This document shows, piece after piece, positions 48,060 through 60,124 of a stretch of 64,000 bases of DNA (positions are counted from its first letter, which is position 1; the number at the start of each line of letters is the position of its first letter). Under the pieces are notes generated by a model, which was not told where the DNA came from, did not search any database, and worked only from the letters and a program-made list of their open reading frames with translations. The stretch spans positions 845-64,844 of the IMG/VR virus record IMGVR_UViG_3300032038_000076. One strand, 5' to 3'. The DNA is from a virus. Taxonomy: Duplodnaviria > Caudoviricetes. The position numbers were made by a program, and so were the translations under genes.

Positions 48060-49119
48060 TTAGATGGAATAAATATAATTTTTTCTAGCTTTATTAAGAG
48101 CATCTACTGCATCAAAAGCGTTATCATAAAAAGCATTTAAATAATAATCATTAGGAGCTTTAATTTCATACCAAAAAGTGCCTTTAAAATGATTCATAAC
48201 AAAAATTAATTTCCAGCCATCTGGATCTTCCATTACAATTGATTCATCTTCTTCATGCCAAACTAAATCTTCTTTTCTCATCCTTTCAATTGCTCCCACT
48301 CCTTTTCATGAAAAAATTTTGTATACAATAGATCTATAGTTAAGCCAATAGGACAAGTGTCACAGTCCCCATAAGACCGCATAACACCAAATTCACAATT
48401 ATAACAATCTTGATTACAATCAGGAATAAAATTATTTAGTTTATCAATTATATATCTTGCTTCCTCTGTATTCATTTCTTTTTCCTCTTGAAAAAAAGGA
48501 AGTTGCGCTTTAGCGCAACATTCCTTTTACCACCATATCGCATCGCGCTGTGCAGCTTCGATCTTCCAAATAAAAATTTTATCAGTCAACAATTACTTTA
48601 TCCGCAAGTAAATTAAATATTGTTTTGATAAAATTTCTATCTTCATTAGTAGATAAATATTCAGTATCAACATGTAACTCATTGTCCTGCCAATAGAGAA
48701 TAAATTGTCCAAATCCAATGGGGCCAGACCAATTGACCCCAATACCACCATTCGGAACAAAATCTGTCCTAACAGGCCAAACTTCATCAATAGAATAATC
48801 CATTTTTATACCCCTCCTTTTACCACCACATTGCATCACGCTGCGCAGCTTCGATTTCCCAAATAGGAATGTTTTCTTCAGGATTCTGTGGGAACCACCA
48901 GTTTCTGGCGGCAAGCATATAATCATAATCTGCGCCAGGGAACCAGTCCTTACCCATCAAAGCACACGCCGCAAGTATTTCGGGGTCCGTTACATCAGAA
49001 TGAGAATACCAGCTGTAGACTCTATTGACGACAGATTTTTCGTCATAGGTAATATGATTAGCTTCAAAATTTTCAAAAACCATAGTTACCGCCATATCGA
49101 CTGTTGAATATCTCTGCAT
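48060..49119 (-). other. Four small hypothetical CDS (48060-48299, 48278-48475, 48582-48803, 48820-49119)
   Basis: RBS-led ORFs. Confidence 0.65.
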
Positions 49120-49227
49120 AACAACAACCCCTTTCTTATTTCTTTTTTTATCTTACAAAAATATTATACAATATTTTTTTGTAAAAATCAATAGAAGAGA
49201 AATGATAGGAGAGTAAATTTTGACAAA

Positions 49228-50780
49228 ATGAAAAAATTATTATATAATATAGTTAAGAAAATAAAAGAAAAGGAGTTATATGTAAATATGACAACAGAAA
49301 AAGAATATATCACTAAGGCGCTTATGGATAATTCACTTGCGGTTATTTATCCAAGAGATGGAAAAGAAAAGTCTGCGGAGCTGCTTGTGAATATGGTGGA
49401 TGCGGCTATTGGTATTGCTGAATTTAAAGATGAAAATGATGTTTCTAAATGGGGGGTCTTAATTGATAAGAATAAACTTAAGAAATTAGATCTTTCTGAG
49501 GATGAAGAAAAATGACAGTAAAATGTAAAATGACACAGTGCCCCTATCATAGCGGATAGGGGTTTTGTGCCAAAGCGAAAGTTGTTTGTATTGATGAAAA
49601 TGGAATGTGTAGTGTATTATGGAAACGCGGGCAGCAATTTATGAGACAAAAAGACGTTTATTTAAAAGAACCTATGATTATTATTGATGCTGCGGAAACC
49701 GAGCTGCATGACGTCAAGGAAGCAAAGAAAGAGGAAGGAGAGAAACCCGTCGAAGAGATCTCTTAAACGGGGACGCCGCATGAACGAATTAGGTATAGTA
49801 TTAGGATTAATGTTTGTATTGATGCTTTTGATATTTGTAGTTTTAATAAATATTGCATATCATGTAAGTTTAGGTGTTGATATACATCTTGAAACTGTAA
49901 AATGTTATCAAATGTTATCTGAAATTCAAAGAATTAATGAAAATATTTATTATAAATTAGATGAACTTCAGGAAAAAGAAGAGGATGATTGTAAATGAAT
50001 AGAGCTGAAAGACGACATATTATGAAGACGGTTCCTGGTTACAAGAAAGCGCTGAAAACCGCAACAGAAAAAGCGGTAGATGATCTTGAAAATATGTTTA
50101 AACAGAATTGGGATGATGAAACATTAAATGAAGGAAAATAGAGTGAAGACGAGGACGATGAGTTCTACGATTAATTTTAATGATTGTGTAAAGGCAACGT
50201 TAAGTGCATTAAATTATTAGGATTATATTGCGGCTATTGATAGAATTAAAAATTTGGAAACAGAAGTGAAAAGAATGAAGAAGAGAGCGTGGAAGAAGCA
50301 TTTTTAATATTAGGGCGGCAATGGGATCACTTGTGGATATTAAAAGTAGAAATGTGAGGAGAGAAGAAAATTGGAATGAAAAAATCAAAAATTACAAAAG
50401 AAGAATGGGATAAGCGAGATTTAACAGATATATTAAATAAGTATGATATTAATTTTTATGATTTCATGAATTATTTAATTGAATTTGAATTGCCAGAACT
50501 TGATCTGAATTATAAAGTAAAGGAAGAAGATTGCAGAGAGCTCATCTAAGCGGTACGGAGTGAAAAAATGGATATTAAAACTTTGAAGATAAAAGAAAAT
50601 GATATATTAATTCTTGTTGTGCCTATTGATAAAGAAGGAAATTTAATATATGATATGGATTCCGTTTCATCTATTATTAAACAATTTAATAATAATGAAG
50701 TAGGTATTTCTATAGCAGCTCTTCCAGAAAATTTTTCATTAATTCATCTTGAAGTAGATAAAAGCGGGGAACTCGTTTAA
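49228..50780 (+). other. Plus-strand run of small CDS (49228-49515; Cys-rich 49512-49766; membrane 49780-49998; 49995-50174; 50158-50307; 50568-50780), several with TAG
   Basis: Overlapping start/stop coupling; TAG read-through gives coherent ORFs. Confidence 0.6.
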
Positions 50781-50921
50781 GCGGGTATTACACCACGGAT
50801 CGCCGCATTTCATATGGGTAAAAAATATTAAAGTAGGTAAGCGGGCCAGAAGTGAATAAATAATTTCAAATAGTTTTTATATTATTTGAAAGGAGTTGTT
50901 GCAATTGCAACAAAATAAATA

Positions 50922-51704
50922 ATGAGAATGACAATTGAAGAAATAAGTGAAATGTATGGGTATTCTGTTGTATCTATTCAAAGGAATTTTAAAAGAACCG
51001 CACAATCTATTCAAAAAAAATATGGAATGGATTTATTTAAATGTTAGGGGCCTGATGGAAAAATATTTTATTAGGTATCTTCGCCTCGCGCAGTTACTAT
51101 GTATAGAGAAGTTAAAGATGAATTATATGTTCCTATTGAATCTATAAAAATGGATGATTTAGCTTGTTTTGTTTTAATAGGAGTTGCCGCAACGCCGCAG
51201 GGGGTATTTAGGGGTACTAGACAAAATTTTCTTGATTATATTGGATTATCGCATAATAAAAAAAATATTGAATTATTAAATTAGGTTTTAAATAATTTTA
51301 TAGCTCAAGAAGATTCACCATTAATTTGGCAAGAAGATGATAATTATATTGTTATTTATATAAAAAGAGATTTTGAAAAAAAACAAATTTTAACGATTAA
51401 TATGTTACGAGAATGTCAAAAAATTGCTCAAAAGCATAATAAACAAGCTATGAAGGTTGTTCAATTATTAAAAGTATGGCAAGCTTATAGAATTAATGAA
51501 CAAAAAGGTGTAAATCCGTTAACTAATAAAAATTTACAAGAGTATATTGATTTAAGTGAAAAACAAATTCGTGATGCTCGAAAATTATTATAGGGGGCAG
51601 AAGTTCTTACTACTATGAGAGTTGGAACTCCTACTAAAAGATAGGGGACCGCTTTTTCATTAAATGCATTTACTGATGATAAATTTGTTGTAATAAAAGA
51701 TTAA
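50922..51704 (+). CDS. Putative replication initiator/wHTH DNA-binding protein (260 aa, 5 TAG)
   Basis: Track ORFs 51099 and 51402 in frame; N-terminal HTH-like MTIEEISEMYGYS; C-terminal LTNKNLQEYIDLSEKQIRDARKLL. Confidence 0.5.
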
Positions 51705-52499
51705 AAATAGGCAAATGCAACAGATTTAATAATTTTGGTAAGGTATAGTAATATATAATATACCTTACCAAAAATTCCAAAATTGTTGCATTAATTAAAG
51801 AGTATTTATTTGGGAGGGCTTCGCCCTCCCAAACCGAGCGAATCTCGAGACGTGGGTGAATAAAAGCAAGTACGAAAAGCCGCCGCGATAATGGATTAGG
51901 AAATCGAAAGCAAAATCGTAAGAAAATAAAAAGTTGAAAAAGGTATGGTTGTGTGTGAGGGCGAATATTATAAATATCTAAAAAAATGAATAAAATTGTC
52001 GTAAAATGAGGGGAAAATGAAATTAAAAAATTGGGGATAACCGCCGCACATTAGGAGCTATTGAAAAAATGAAATGAAAATTTTGAAAAATGATTGAGGA
52101 ACATTTGAAAAAATGAAATGAAAAACGAAAGGAAAGATTAAATGTTTAAAGGTATATTAGGTGTTTTAGGTTTTTATCTGTTGTTAATAGGTATTTTGTC
52201 TTTTATTGTATTAGTGATTTTATTTGCGTTTTTGCGGATTTTGGAGAAGTATTTTAAGAAGCATGAGATTAATGATGAGTATATAAATGAGAGGAGAGGT
52301 AGGTATTTATGATGCGGCTGTTGGGGAATAGGGAGGATTGGATTGGAGTTGGAAGGATTTGGTTCTTTTGGTTTTTGATATGAATAAAAAATATCCGCAA
52401 TGCGGGATTGCGGATAAGGAGGCTATTGTTTTTATAAAAAAATGAGATGCGGATGGATTTTTGCATGGATTTATGGAAAATATATAAAAAGTAAGAGAA

Positions 52500-52965
52500 A
52501 TATGCAAGTAAGTTTGTAAGGAATGTAAAAAATAATAAAGGTTACGAAATAATTGATAAAAATTATTATAAGAGAAGAAAATATTAAAAAATTATAAAAA
52601 GATACGAAGAAGCTAAGAAAAATTATGAAAAAATATAAAAATTGGATGGAGTTACTAGAAAATATTAAAATATTAATGAAAATTATAAAAAATTGATGAA
52701 AATCGGATGGAAACGCAAGAAATTATTAAAAATTGTAAAGAATTACAAGGAAATTATGAATAATTATAATAAATTATTATAAATTATAAATAATTATAAA
52801 ATAATCACTAGAAATCATAAAAAAATATTGGCGGTTGGGAAGAATATGAAAAATATAAAAAGATTGCTAAAATTATGAAAAATTGTTAAAAATTATGAAA
52901 AACTGTTAAAAACTGTTAAAAACTGTTAAAAACTGTTAAAAACTGTTAAAAACTGTTAAAAACTG
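52500..52965 (+). repeat. Degenerate 10-bp periodic AT-rich array ending in (aactgttaaa)x6
   Basis: Six perfect copies 52901-52960, preceded by aattatgaaa/aattgttaaa variants. Confidence 0.85.
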
Positions 52966-53074
52966 CGAGTGAGGGTGGCGCGATGCGTCCCATGAAATTC
53001 ACTATCCAATTCCAGAAGCGACCGCTCTCGTAAACCAGGTAGAATCTAAATTCTACCTGGAATCCGCGCATCAA

Positions 53075-53551
53075 TTATTTAAGACTGTCAAGGAACTCTT
53101 TGATAATATCATCGTCAGTTTTAAATTTTGTATCAAAAACAACTTTCTTTTTAGGTTTCTCTTCTTTTGTTTCACTCTTGTTTTTTGAAAGAACTGTACT
53201 CCAAATTTTGTCTAAATCGTCCCAACTTTTAATCCAACTAAGACTCTTTTCCCAACTAGACTCAAGATCTTTCAGTTCCTGTACTATTTCTCCAGCGGTT
53301 AAATTCTTACAATTTTCTTTGCCAAAAACCATTTCAAAGTATTCTTCTAGATCTCCCGCGACTATTGAGCGCAGATCATTGAGTTCCTCTTCATGCTGCT
53401 GCTTTTCAGCTTCCTTTTTCTCATCTTCTTCCTTTTGATAACGGGCCTTGGCGGCAGCCAGATCAGTCATGAACTGATTCTGGAGCTCGTCCGCAGAGAG
53501 TCCAGATTTTAGTGCTTCGTATAAATCCATACCTGTATTTTTATTATCCAT
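53075..53551 (-). CDS. Hypothetical protein (158 aa)
   Basis: RBS AAGGAG and own promoter; convergent hairpin at 53027-53052. Confidence 0.75.
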   Translation of the reverse strand: MDNKNTGMDLYEALKSGLSADELQNQFMTDLAAAKARYQKEEDEKKEAEKQQHEEELNDLRSIVAGDLEEYFEMVFGKENCKNLTAGEIVQELKDLESSWEKSLSWIKSWDDLDKIWSTVLSKNKSETKEEKPKKKVVFDTKFKTDDDIIKEFLDSLK

Positions 53552-54727
53552 AATTTTTCTCCTTTTTATTTTTTACAATTTTATTATACCAAAAATTTTT
53601 AAAGTTTTCAAGTCTGCGCGGATTCTCTCAGCCTTTTTTTTAATTATAACAAAAATTTTTTAAATTTTCAAGTTAAGAATCCACGAGACGCGGCCATATA
53701 AGAAAGGATGCAGGTCCCGCAGCCCGGTGTGAATTTCGGGAATCCATGGGACGCGGCCATATGGGCCAAGGTTCCAGAAAAAAAGCCCATATGGTACTAG
53801 AAGGGGAGATCGCGGCCTCGGCCCGGGTGCCAGCGGCCCGGCCATTCGCATAATTATTCATTAATCCAGTTAATCCAGCTAAAACCGCATTAAAGCAGGA
53901 TCCGGGCGCAAAATGAGGTAGATTAATCTACCTCATAAATATACATTTCAACTTTTTCTTTTTCCCATTTCTCCCATGCTTTATCTATAGCTTCTTCTTC
54001 CGTAGCGGCTTCAATTTCTTCTTCAAAAAATTTTTCAATACTAATTTTAAATTTCTTCATAATTATTCTTCCTCTTCCACAAAATAATCGTCGTCTTCAT
54101 CCCAAAAGAATGCGGCATCATCACACTCTTTAACGGGGTCTCCGCCCTTATCAACTATTTTACAAGTACTATCATTTTTCCAATAAGGACAATCCCAACC
54201 ATTTACAGGACAATAAAATTTCTTTTTCATTTTTAATCCTCTTTTAAAATTTCAAAGATATAACTTTTAGAATCAATTTTTGTTATGGTAGTTATAAAAT
54301 CATAAATTTCTTGTAAATTAGTGGTTATAACACTGAGCTGTTTAAAATCATCTTCTTTTCTGATAGTATAACAAATCCACATTTTTATTATTCCCTTTTT
54401 ATTCAGTCAAATCGCCAAAAAGTCAAAAAGTGCGCACAGGCTAGACCAAAGATCATCATCTTGAACAATAGTCGTTGCTGTATTCCTTATTATCCAATCA
54501 GTCCATGTGATTAAATCATGATTATCACCATTCTTATTAATAAAATCATTCATCTGTCTAAAAAAGTTTATTCTAAGGGTAACAAGATCAACAGTGGTAT
54601 TTGTCATTTTTTTATTCCCCTTTCTTTTGATAAGTCTATTATAACAGATTAAATCTAAATGTCAAGCGGTTTTTTAAAAAATTTTTTGTTATTGTTTTAA
54701 CAAGCGACCGGGCGCCACTTCCGCACA

Positions 54728-55441
54728 TTAAAGTGCGAAAGTGTTTTCAAGGTCAATTTGTTTTGCAATTTTTTGAACATTCCGCCAACAAGCTGAATAG
54801 GGGTTACATTTCATATTTTCGTTTGCCATTTTCAGACAATTCATTAAGATTTCAACCTCAATTTTAACATCTTCAAGACCTGTGTGACTTTCTGCAAAAA
54901 TAGGGTCATTTTTCAGATAACGATAAGCACATTCCGCACTTGTCTGAATATTTCCCGCATCAGATACAAAACCATGAATTGTCGCATAATTTACATAATT
55001 TATTGAATTAAGTAGACCGCTTGTACAAGCCATGTGCCAAATACAGAAAAATTCAGTGCCATAAGGGAAGAACCATTTGATCATTGAACCGCTTAAATAA
55101 CGAATGTCGTTTCTTGTTGCCCTATTATCAAAACCCATGTTGTAAGCACCGACCTTAGTTACATTAAAATGATTCATGTCTGATTTAATTTCTTTGCGGA
55201 TATTGCAAATTGATTTCATTATCCGTTTGCCTGCTTTTAAATCATCCCAATACATCGGAATCTTTTCAGCAAAGTAAGCGTTTTTCATAAGTTCTTTATC
55301 AAGAAAGATTTCAGCGACAACGAAAGATTTTTCTGTTAAAATCTCACCTGTTTCAGTGTCAACAATAGCATAACCCACGTCATACGGAAGCGGCTGTTCT
55401 ACAGAGTTTGCGGTTTCAGTGTCGATAACTAATACATTCAT
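54728..55441 (-). CDS. DEDDh 3'-5' exonuclease (237 aa)
   Basis: VIDTETA, AYNMGFD and HTGLEDV motifs. Confidence 0.85.
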   Translation of the reverse strand: MNVLVIDTETANSVEQPLPYDVGYAIVDTETGEILTEKSFVVAEIFLDKELMKNAYFAEKIPMYWDDLKAGKRIMKSICNIRKEIKSDMNHFNVTKVGAYNMGFDNRATRNDIRYLSGSMIKWFFPYGTEFFCIWHMACTSGLLNSINYVNYATIHGFVSDAGNIQTSAECAYRYLKNDPIFAESHTGLEDVKIEVEILMNCLKMANENMKCNPYSACWRNVQKIAKQIDLENTFAL

Positions 55442-55875
55442 GATTTTTTGAATTCCTTTCTTTTGATAAATTTATTATAACGCCCTTTTATTAGATTGTC
55501 AAGAATTTTTTTATACTAATATTGTTTCTATTTCTTTGGGTGTGATTCCATGATTCCAATTATAAGGAGTGGAATCAAGTCCGTCATGTTCACAAATAAT
55601 ATTGCAATAATGATTAAAGGGGCATTTACAACAATTATTCCATTCCCCATTTTCCATACAGGCCGCTTGAATATTCAACATAGCGGACTTCATTTTATCT
55701 ATCCAAGACATTTTTTATTTCCTTTCTTCATTTGATGATTAGATTATAGCATGAGGTTATAAGATTGTCAACACTTTTTAAAAAAATTCTTTGTTAAGTT
55801 TCTGTCAAAGCGCCCGGCCGCCTTAAAAAATGACCAACTTTTCATTGTTTTTTAATAAAAAGTTGGTCAAAAATT

Positions 55876-56268
55876 CTATTTCTTTGGCGGCCGCTGTTTA
55901 ATTAAATCTAATTTATAGTGATTTTCACCAACATTAAACTCAATTATCTTGCTTTTGTTGGTAATTTCTACAAAATATCCTGTATTTTTCAGGCAATCCG
56001 CAATTATTTTTATCAGATTTTCTTTTTCTTCATCGGGTTTTCTTTCTCTTTTTACTGCTTTTCTAGGTTTGTCGGCTTTTGCATCATGCCCCACTTTATT
56101 GATTTTGGCTTTTTCGGTCAGCTCTTCTACCACTTCATTTTCAAGATACCCTTCATCTTCAAGCCATAACTGAACAGCTTCATCGTGGGAAAGTTTGAGC
56201 AATTTCATACTCTTTTCAATTTCCGTATCGGGGATGCGGATAGATTTACCATTAAAATTATAGATCAT
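55876..56268 (-). CDS. Early protein family B, copy 1
   Basis: Similar to 58255-58596 (RKERK..., F...YxxxLIKxRP). Confidence 0.75.
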   Translation of the reverse strand: MIYNFNGKSIRIPDTEIEKSMKLLKLSHDEAVQLWLEDEGYLENEVVEELTEKAKINKVGHDAKADKPRKAVKRERKPDEEKENLIKIIADCLKNTGYFVEITNKSKIIEFNVGENHYKLDLIKQRPPKK

Positions 56269-56433
56269 AAATCACACCTCTCTTTCTTTTGGTAATTGAA
56301 TTATACCATGGATGTTTTTATTTGTCAACCCCTTTTGTGAAAAAATCGCCCGGGCCGTTAGACGCCCCTAATCAATGGATTTTTAAATTATGATTAGGGG
56401 CGTTGGTTGTGAGTAAGGGGCAAAGCCCCTATC

Positions 56434-56775
56434 TCACGCAATGGAGTAGTACGGAGTCTTTTTCACATAGTTCTTTTTAAGAGTGCCACTCTTGAAAAGA
56501 TCTGTAAGCATGTGAGTAATGCGCTGATTAGTCAGCCCCGCAAGGGACGGCATTTCAGTCTGAAGTTCCTTAATGGTTTTAGGCGCATCCGCATCCTTAA
56601 GATAGTCCACGATTTCAGTCTTGAAGGTTTCATTCTCAAGCTGATTTTTAGTCGGCTTGCGAACAGCAGAGGACTTGCGGTTCAGCAGTTCAATTTCGTG
56701 GTTGATGAATTCCACCATTTCAGCATTGTCAGCAACAACAGTAAGGATCTCATTGTACATTTCTCTTTTAGTCAT
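56434..56775 (-). CDS. Early wHTH family A, copy 1
   Basis: MTKREM...FINHEIELLNRKS...LTNQRITHMLTDL. Confidence 0.85.
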   Translation of the reverse strand: MTKREMYNEILTVVADNAEMVEFINHEIELLNRKSSAVRKPTKNQLENETFKTEIVDYLKDADAPKTIKELQTEMPSLAGLTNQRITHMLTDLFKSGTLKKNYVKKTPYYSIA

Positions 56776-57296
56776 AATACATACCCTCTTTCTTTTGATG
56801 TTTGTTTTTCTTTCTTACATCTTTATTATACTGCAAGGCTTTTGGTTTGTCAAGAGGAAAATTTCTTTTTTTGAAATTTTTCAGTTCGCTTGTGTTGCCG
56901 TTGCTCGAGTCGGTTTCCGCTTACCCCTATCCTCTTGACTCTTTTATTATATCACAAGGCTTTTGGTTTGTCAAGAACTTTTTTTACTTTTTTAAAAGTT
57001 TTTTTGTGGTTGACTTCTTTGACTTCCCTTACCTTGTAAATATATTATAATAAATTTTTTTAAAAATGTCAATGGGGGAATAATGCACTAATTTCGGGAT
57101 TTATAGGGTGAAATCTTTGTGCGGTTTGTCTATTGACAAAAAGTGCGGGATGTGGTATAATGGGCTGCTGCGGCGCGATCCGGTCGGTCGCGCGCCGCTG
57201 ATTTTTGTATAATTACACAAAAAATTGGGGTTGCACCCTTTATAACAGAATGCAACCCCAAAACAAAAAAGGAGGAATGAAAAAAAGAAAATCAAA

Positions 57297-57368
57297 TGCG
57301 CTTGGCGGGAATCGAACCCGCATTTTCACGATTAAAAGTCGTGTGCCATACCTTTAGGCGACAAGCGC
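57297..57368 (-). tRNA. trnK: tRNA-Lys(UUU)
   Basis: CACGA-CT TTT AA-TCGTG; GCGCTTG/CAAGCGC. Confidence 0.9.
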
Positions 57369-57406
57369 TTGTTGCGGTTTTAAGGGATGACCGCAAACCC
57401 TGTGAC

Positions 57407-57766
57407 TCATTCGTCAGCTTCTTCTGCGCCAATGGCGAAGTAAGGAACTTTCTTCACGTACTCACGCATGATCTTTCCGTCCTTGCGGAGATCAGTCAAC
57501 ATGTGAGTGATACGCTGATTGGTGAGTCCTGCGATTGCCGCACATTCAGTCTGAAGCTCTTTAATCGTCATAGCACGATCGGCATGTTCAAGAGTGGCAA
57601 GGATAGCGGCTTTGAACTGTTCGTTCTCAACCTGCGTCTTGGTCGGCTTGCGCTCACCGCTCGACTTACGGTTAAGAAGCTCGATTTCATGATCAATGAA
57701 AGCTACCATTTCAGCGTTGTCAGCTACGATGTTACGGATTTCAGCAAACATTTCTCTCTTGGTCAT
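57407..57766 (-). CDS. Early wHTH family A, copy 2
   Basis: Paralogous to 56434 and 59486. Confidence 0.85.
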   Translation of the reverse strand: MTKREMFAEIRNIVADNAEMVAFIDHEIELLNRKSSGERKPTKTQVENEQFKAAILATLEHADRAMTIKELQTECAAIAGLTNQRITHMLTDLRKDGKIMREYVKKVPYFAIGAEEADE

Positions 57767-58254
57767 AATGGACACATCCTTTCTTTTGTGTGGCTTTCGC
57801 CTTTCTTTATCTTATGTATTTATTATACTATATTTTTTTAAGATTGTCAAGAGTTTTTTTTATTTTTTTTATTTCGCGGGCTTGGGTGGGCGTCCCCACC
57901 CTCACCGCTTGGACATTCCTCAGAATCATTTATGTCATTGCGCCCCATGCCCCAAAGGGCGCTTGTTTCCTATACCTCATCAGATGTCTTGCACTTCCTT
58001 TCTTTATCTTATGTATTTATTATAACATAAGATTTTTTATTTGTCAATAAGTTTTTTTATTTTTTTGAAGTGCTTTCTGTCTTTCAAATGATCAAATGGC
58101 GCTAGGCTCATTCAACCACCCTATTCGATTTTGTTGCCATTCCCTTACCTTGTAACTGTATTATAACAAATGGCTTTTCAAATGTCAAGAGTTTTTTTAA
58201 AAATTTCTTTGTTAAGTTTTTAACGAGCGCCCGGGCGCGTCCAAAGGGGATTTG

Positions 58255-58596
58255 TCAATCCCCTTTTTCAGCTTTTTTCGGGCGATGCTTAATTAATTTT
58301 ACACTGTATTCATTGTCTCCAAATTCAAAAGAAAATTCCGTTTCAGTTTTTACATTTTTAATACAAGTTTCTGCGTTGATTGTGGCGATCAAAAGATCAA
58401 GTAAATACTTTTTATCAGTATCCACTTTCCGCTCTTTCTTTGCGGGTTTGCGGGGTTTATCAGACTGTTCATAATGTTTGAGCGCACCCGCTTTGATTTC
58501 CATCTCCGCCATTTCTTCAGCTTCTTCTCTTGTAACAGGCTCTCCGTCCTGTTCGCACTCTTTCATAATGCGGATGATCAGCTGTTCTTTTGTCAT
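58255..58596 (-). CDS. Early protein family B, copy 2
   Basis: Paralogous to 55876. Confidence 0.75.
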   Translation of the reverse strand: MTKEQLIIRIMKECEQDGEPVTREEAEEMAEMEIKAGALKHYEQSDKPRKPAKKERKVDTDKKYLLDLLIATINAETCIKNVKTETEFSFEFGDNEYSVKLIKHRPKKAEKGD

Positions 58597-59485
58597 AGAT
58601 CAATCCCCCTTTGAATATTCTTCAAAACCGTGATATTTTGCATTATCGTATTCTACGATAAAATAATGATCACTTTCTCCGACGATTTTGCCCCAACCAT
58701 ATTTTTTAGACCATACCTCTAAACCAATCATTTTCATTTCCCCTTTCTTGATTATAGTATAGCATCAACTATTGATTTTATCAAGACTTTTTTTTCTTTT
58801 TTTTATGTTTTATTTCTCTAAATTCATTGGCTTCATACCAATCAAAATCAACAAGCCCATAATCAAATTCTACCCAACGGTCACCTTCTGAAAAATACTG
58901 TTTTGCCTGTTCAAGAGTAGGATAAATTGCTTTTACATCAGTATCATGTCCAAACCCATCTGCCCATCTTAAGACTGCAATCATTTTCATTTCTCCTTTC
59001 TTTTGATAAGTTTATTATAATAGATTCCAAAAAAGTTGTCAAGCGGTTTCTGCAAATTATTTTTTTAACAAGCCGCCCGGGCGCAAGGCACCTTCAACTG
59101 AATTGAGGGTGCCAAAAATCATCATTATTATAATTATTTTCCTATCCCTACAACAAGATCATCGGTTTCACAATCTACAATTAGAGCGGCGTCAAAATTA
59201 TACTCATTCATGAGACCAACCGCTTTGTCAATATACTCTTGTAAAACATGATAGTCATCATTCATGCCGTGGTAAGTCATACCATCGTTAAAACAAATGT
59301 CAGCTTTCAGAGTACCAAGGTAGTTAATAGTCATTTGATGTACCTCTCTTTCTTTTGATAAGTCTATTATAACAGATTGAATTCAAATGTCAAGTGTTTT
59401 TTTGAAAAAAGTTGTTTGAGCAAGTTGGCGCCCGGGCGCCCATGGGGCAAGCCACCAAAGGTAGCCGCCCCAAAAGGATTGCCGC

Positions 59486-59830
59486 TCATGCGGCGATGGA
59501 ATAGTAGGGAGTTTTCTTAACGTACTTTTTAATAAGAGTCCCGTTCTTGAAAAGATCTGTCAGCATATGAGTAATGCGCTGATTAGTGAGTCCATCGAGT
59601 TCAGTAACCTCTGTCTGAAGTTCCTTGATGGTTTTAGGAGCGTCGACTTCGGTGAGGTAGCCAACGATCACCGCTTTAAAGGCATCGTTCTCCATCTGCG
59701 TTTTTGTCGGCTTCTTGGGGGAAGTGGATTTGCGGTTGAGAAGTTCGATTTCATGGTCGATGAAAGCAACCATCTCTGCGTTGTCGATAACTACGTTGCG
59801 GATCTCTGCGAACATTTCTCTCTTTGTCAT
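59486..59830 (-). CDS. Early wHTH family A, copy 3
   Basis: Highly similar to copies 1 and 2. Confidence 0.85.
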   Translation of the reverse strand: MTKREMFAEIRNVVIDNAEMVAFIDHEIELLNRKSTSPKKPTKTQMENDAFKAVIVGYLTEVDAPKTIKELQTEVTELDGLTNQRITHMLTDLFKNGTLIKKYVKKTPYYSIAA

Positions 59831-60124
59831 AATGATATTCCACCTTTCTTTGTTGGGAGCTTTGCTCCATCTCTTTGATGATTTTATTATAGCACCTTAT
59901 TCAGTTAGTGTCAAGAGGTTTTTAAAAAAATTTTTTAAAAATCGAGGTTTTCCTGCTACGCTTTACGCGCTCTAGTTATTCTCTCTCGAAGACTCCACCT
60001 TTGGGCGCCTCCCCTTGACAATTATGATTATAGCAAAAGCCGATTAGAATGTCAACAGTTTTTTAAAATTTTTTTGAAGAAAGTTGTTTGAACAAGTGTG
60101 GGCCGCCCGGGCGTCAAAGCTACC

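Noticed and set aside
52871-52965. CRISPR array
   Set aside because: 10-bp contiguous tandem units with no spacers; no cas genes.
53913-53936. 24-bp perfect palindrome as a recombination site
   Set aside because: It overlaps the stop codon of a 45-aa ORF (53923-54060) and is best explained as a terminator hairpin.
55876-55878. TAG as a genuine stop in an early gene
   Set aside because: Single case; read-through adds only three residues before TGA, so it is uninformative. TAG-TGA (15445) and TAG-TAA (26130) ends are similarly ambiguous.
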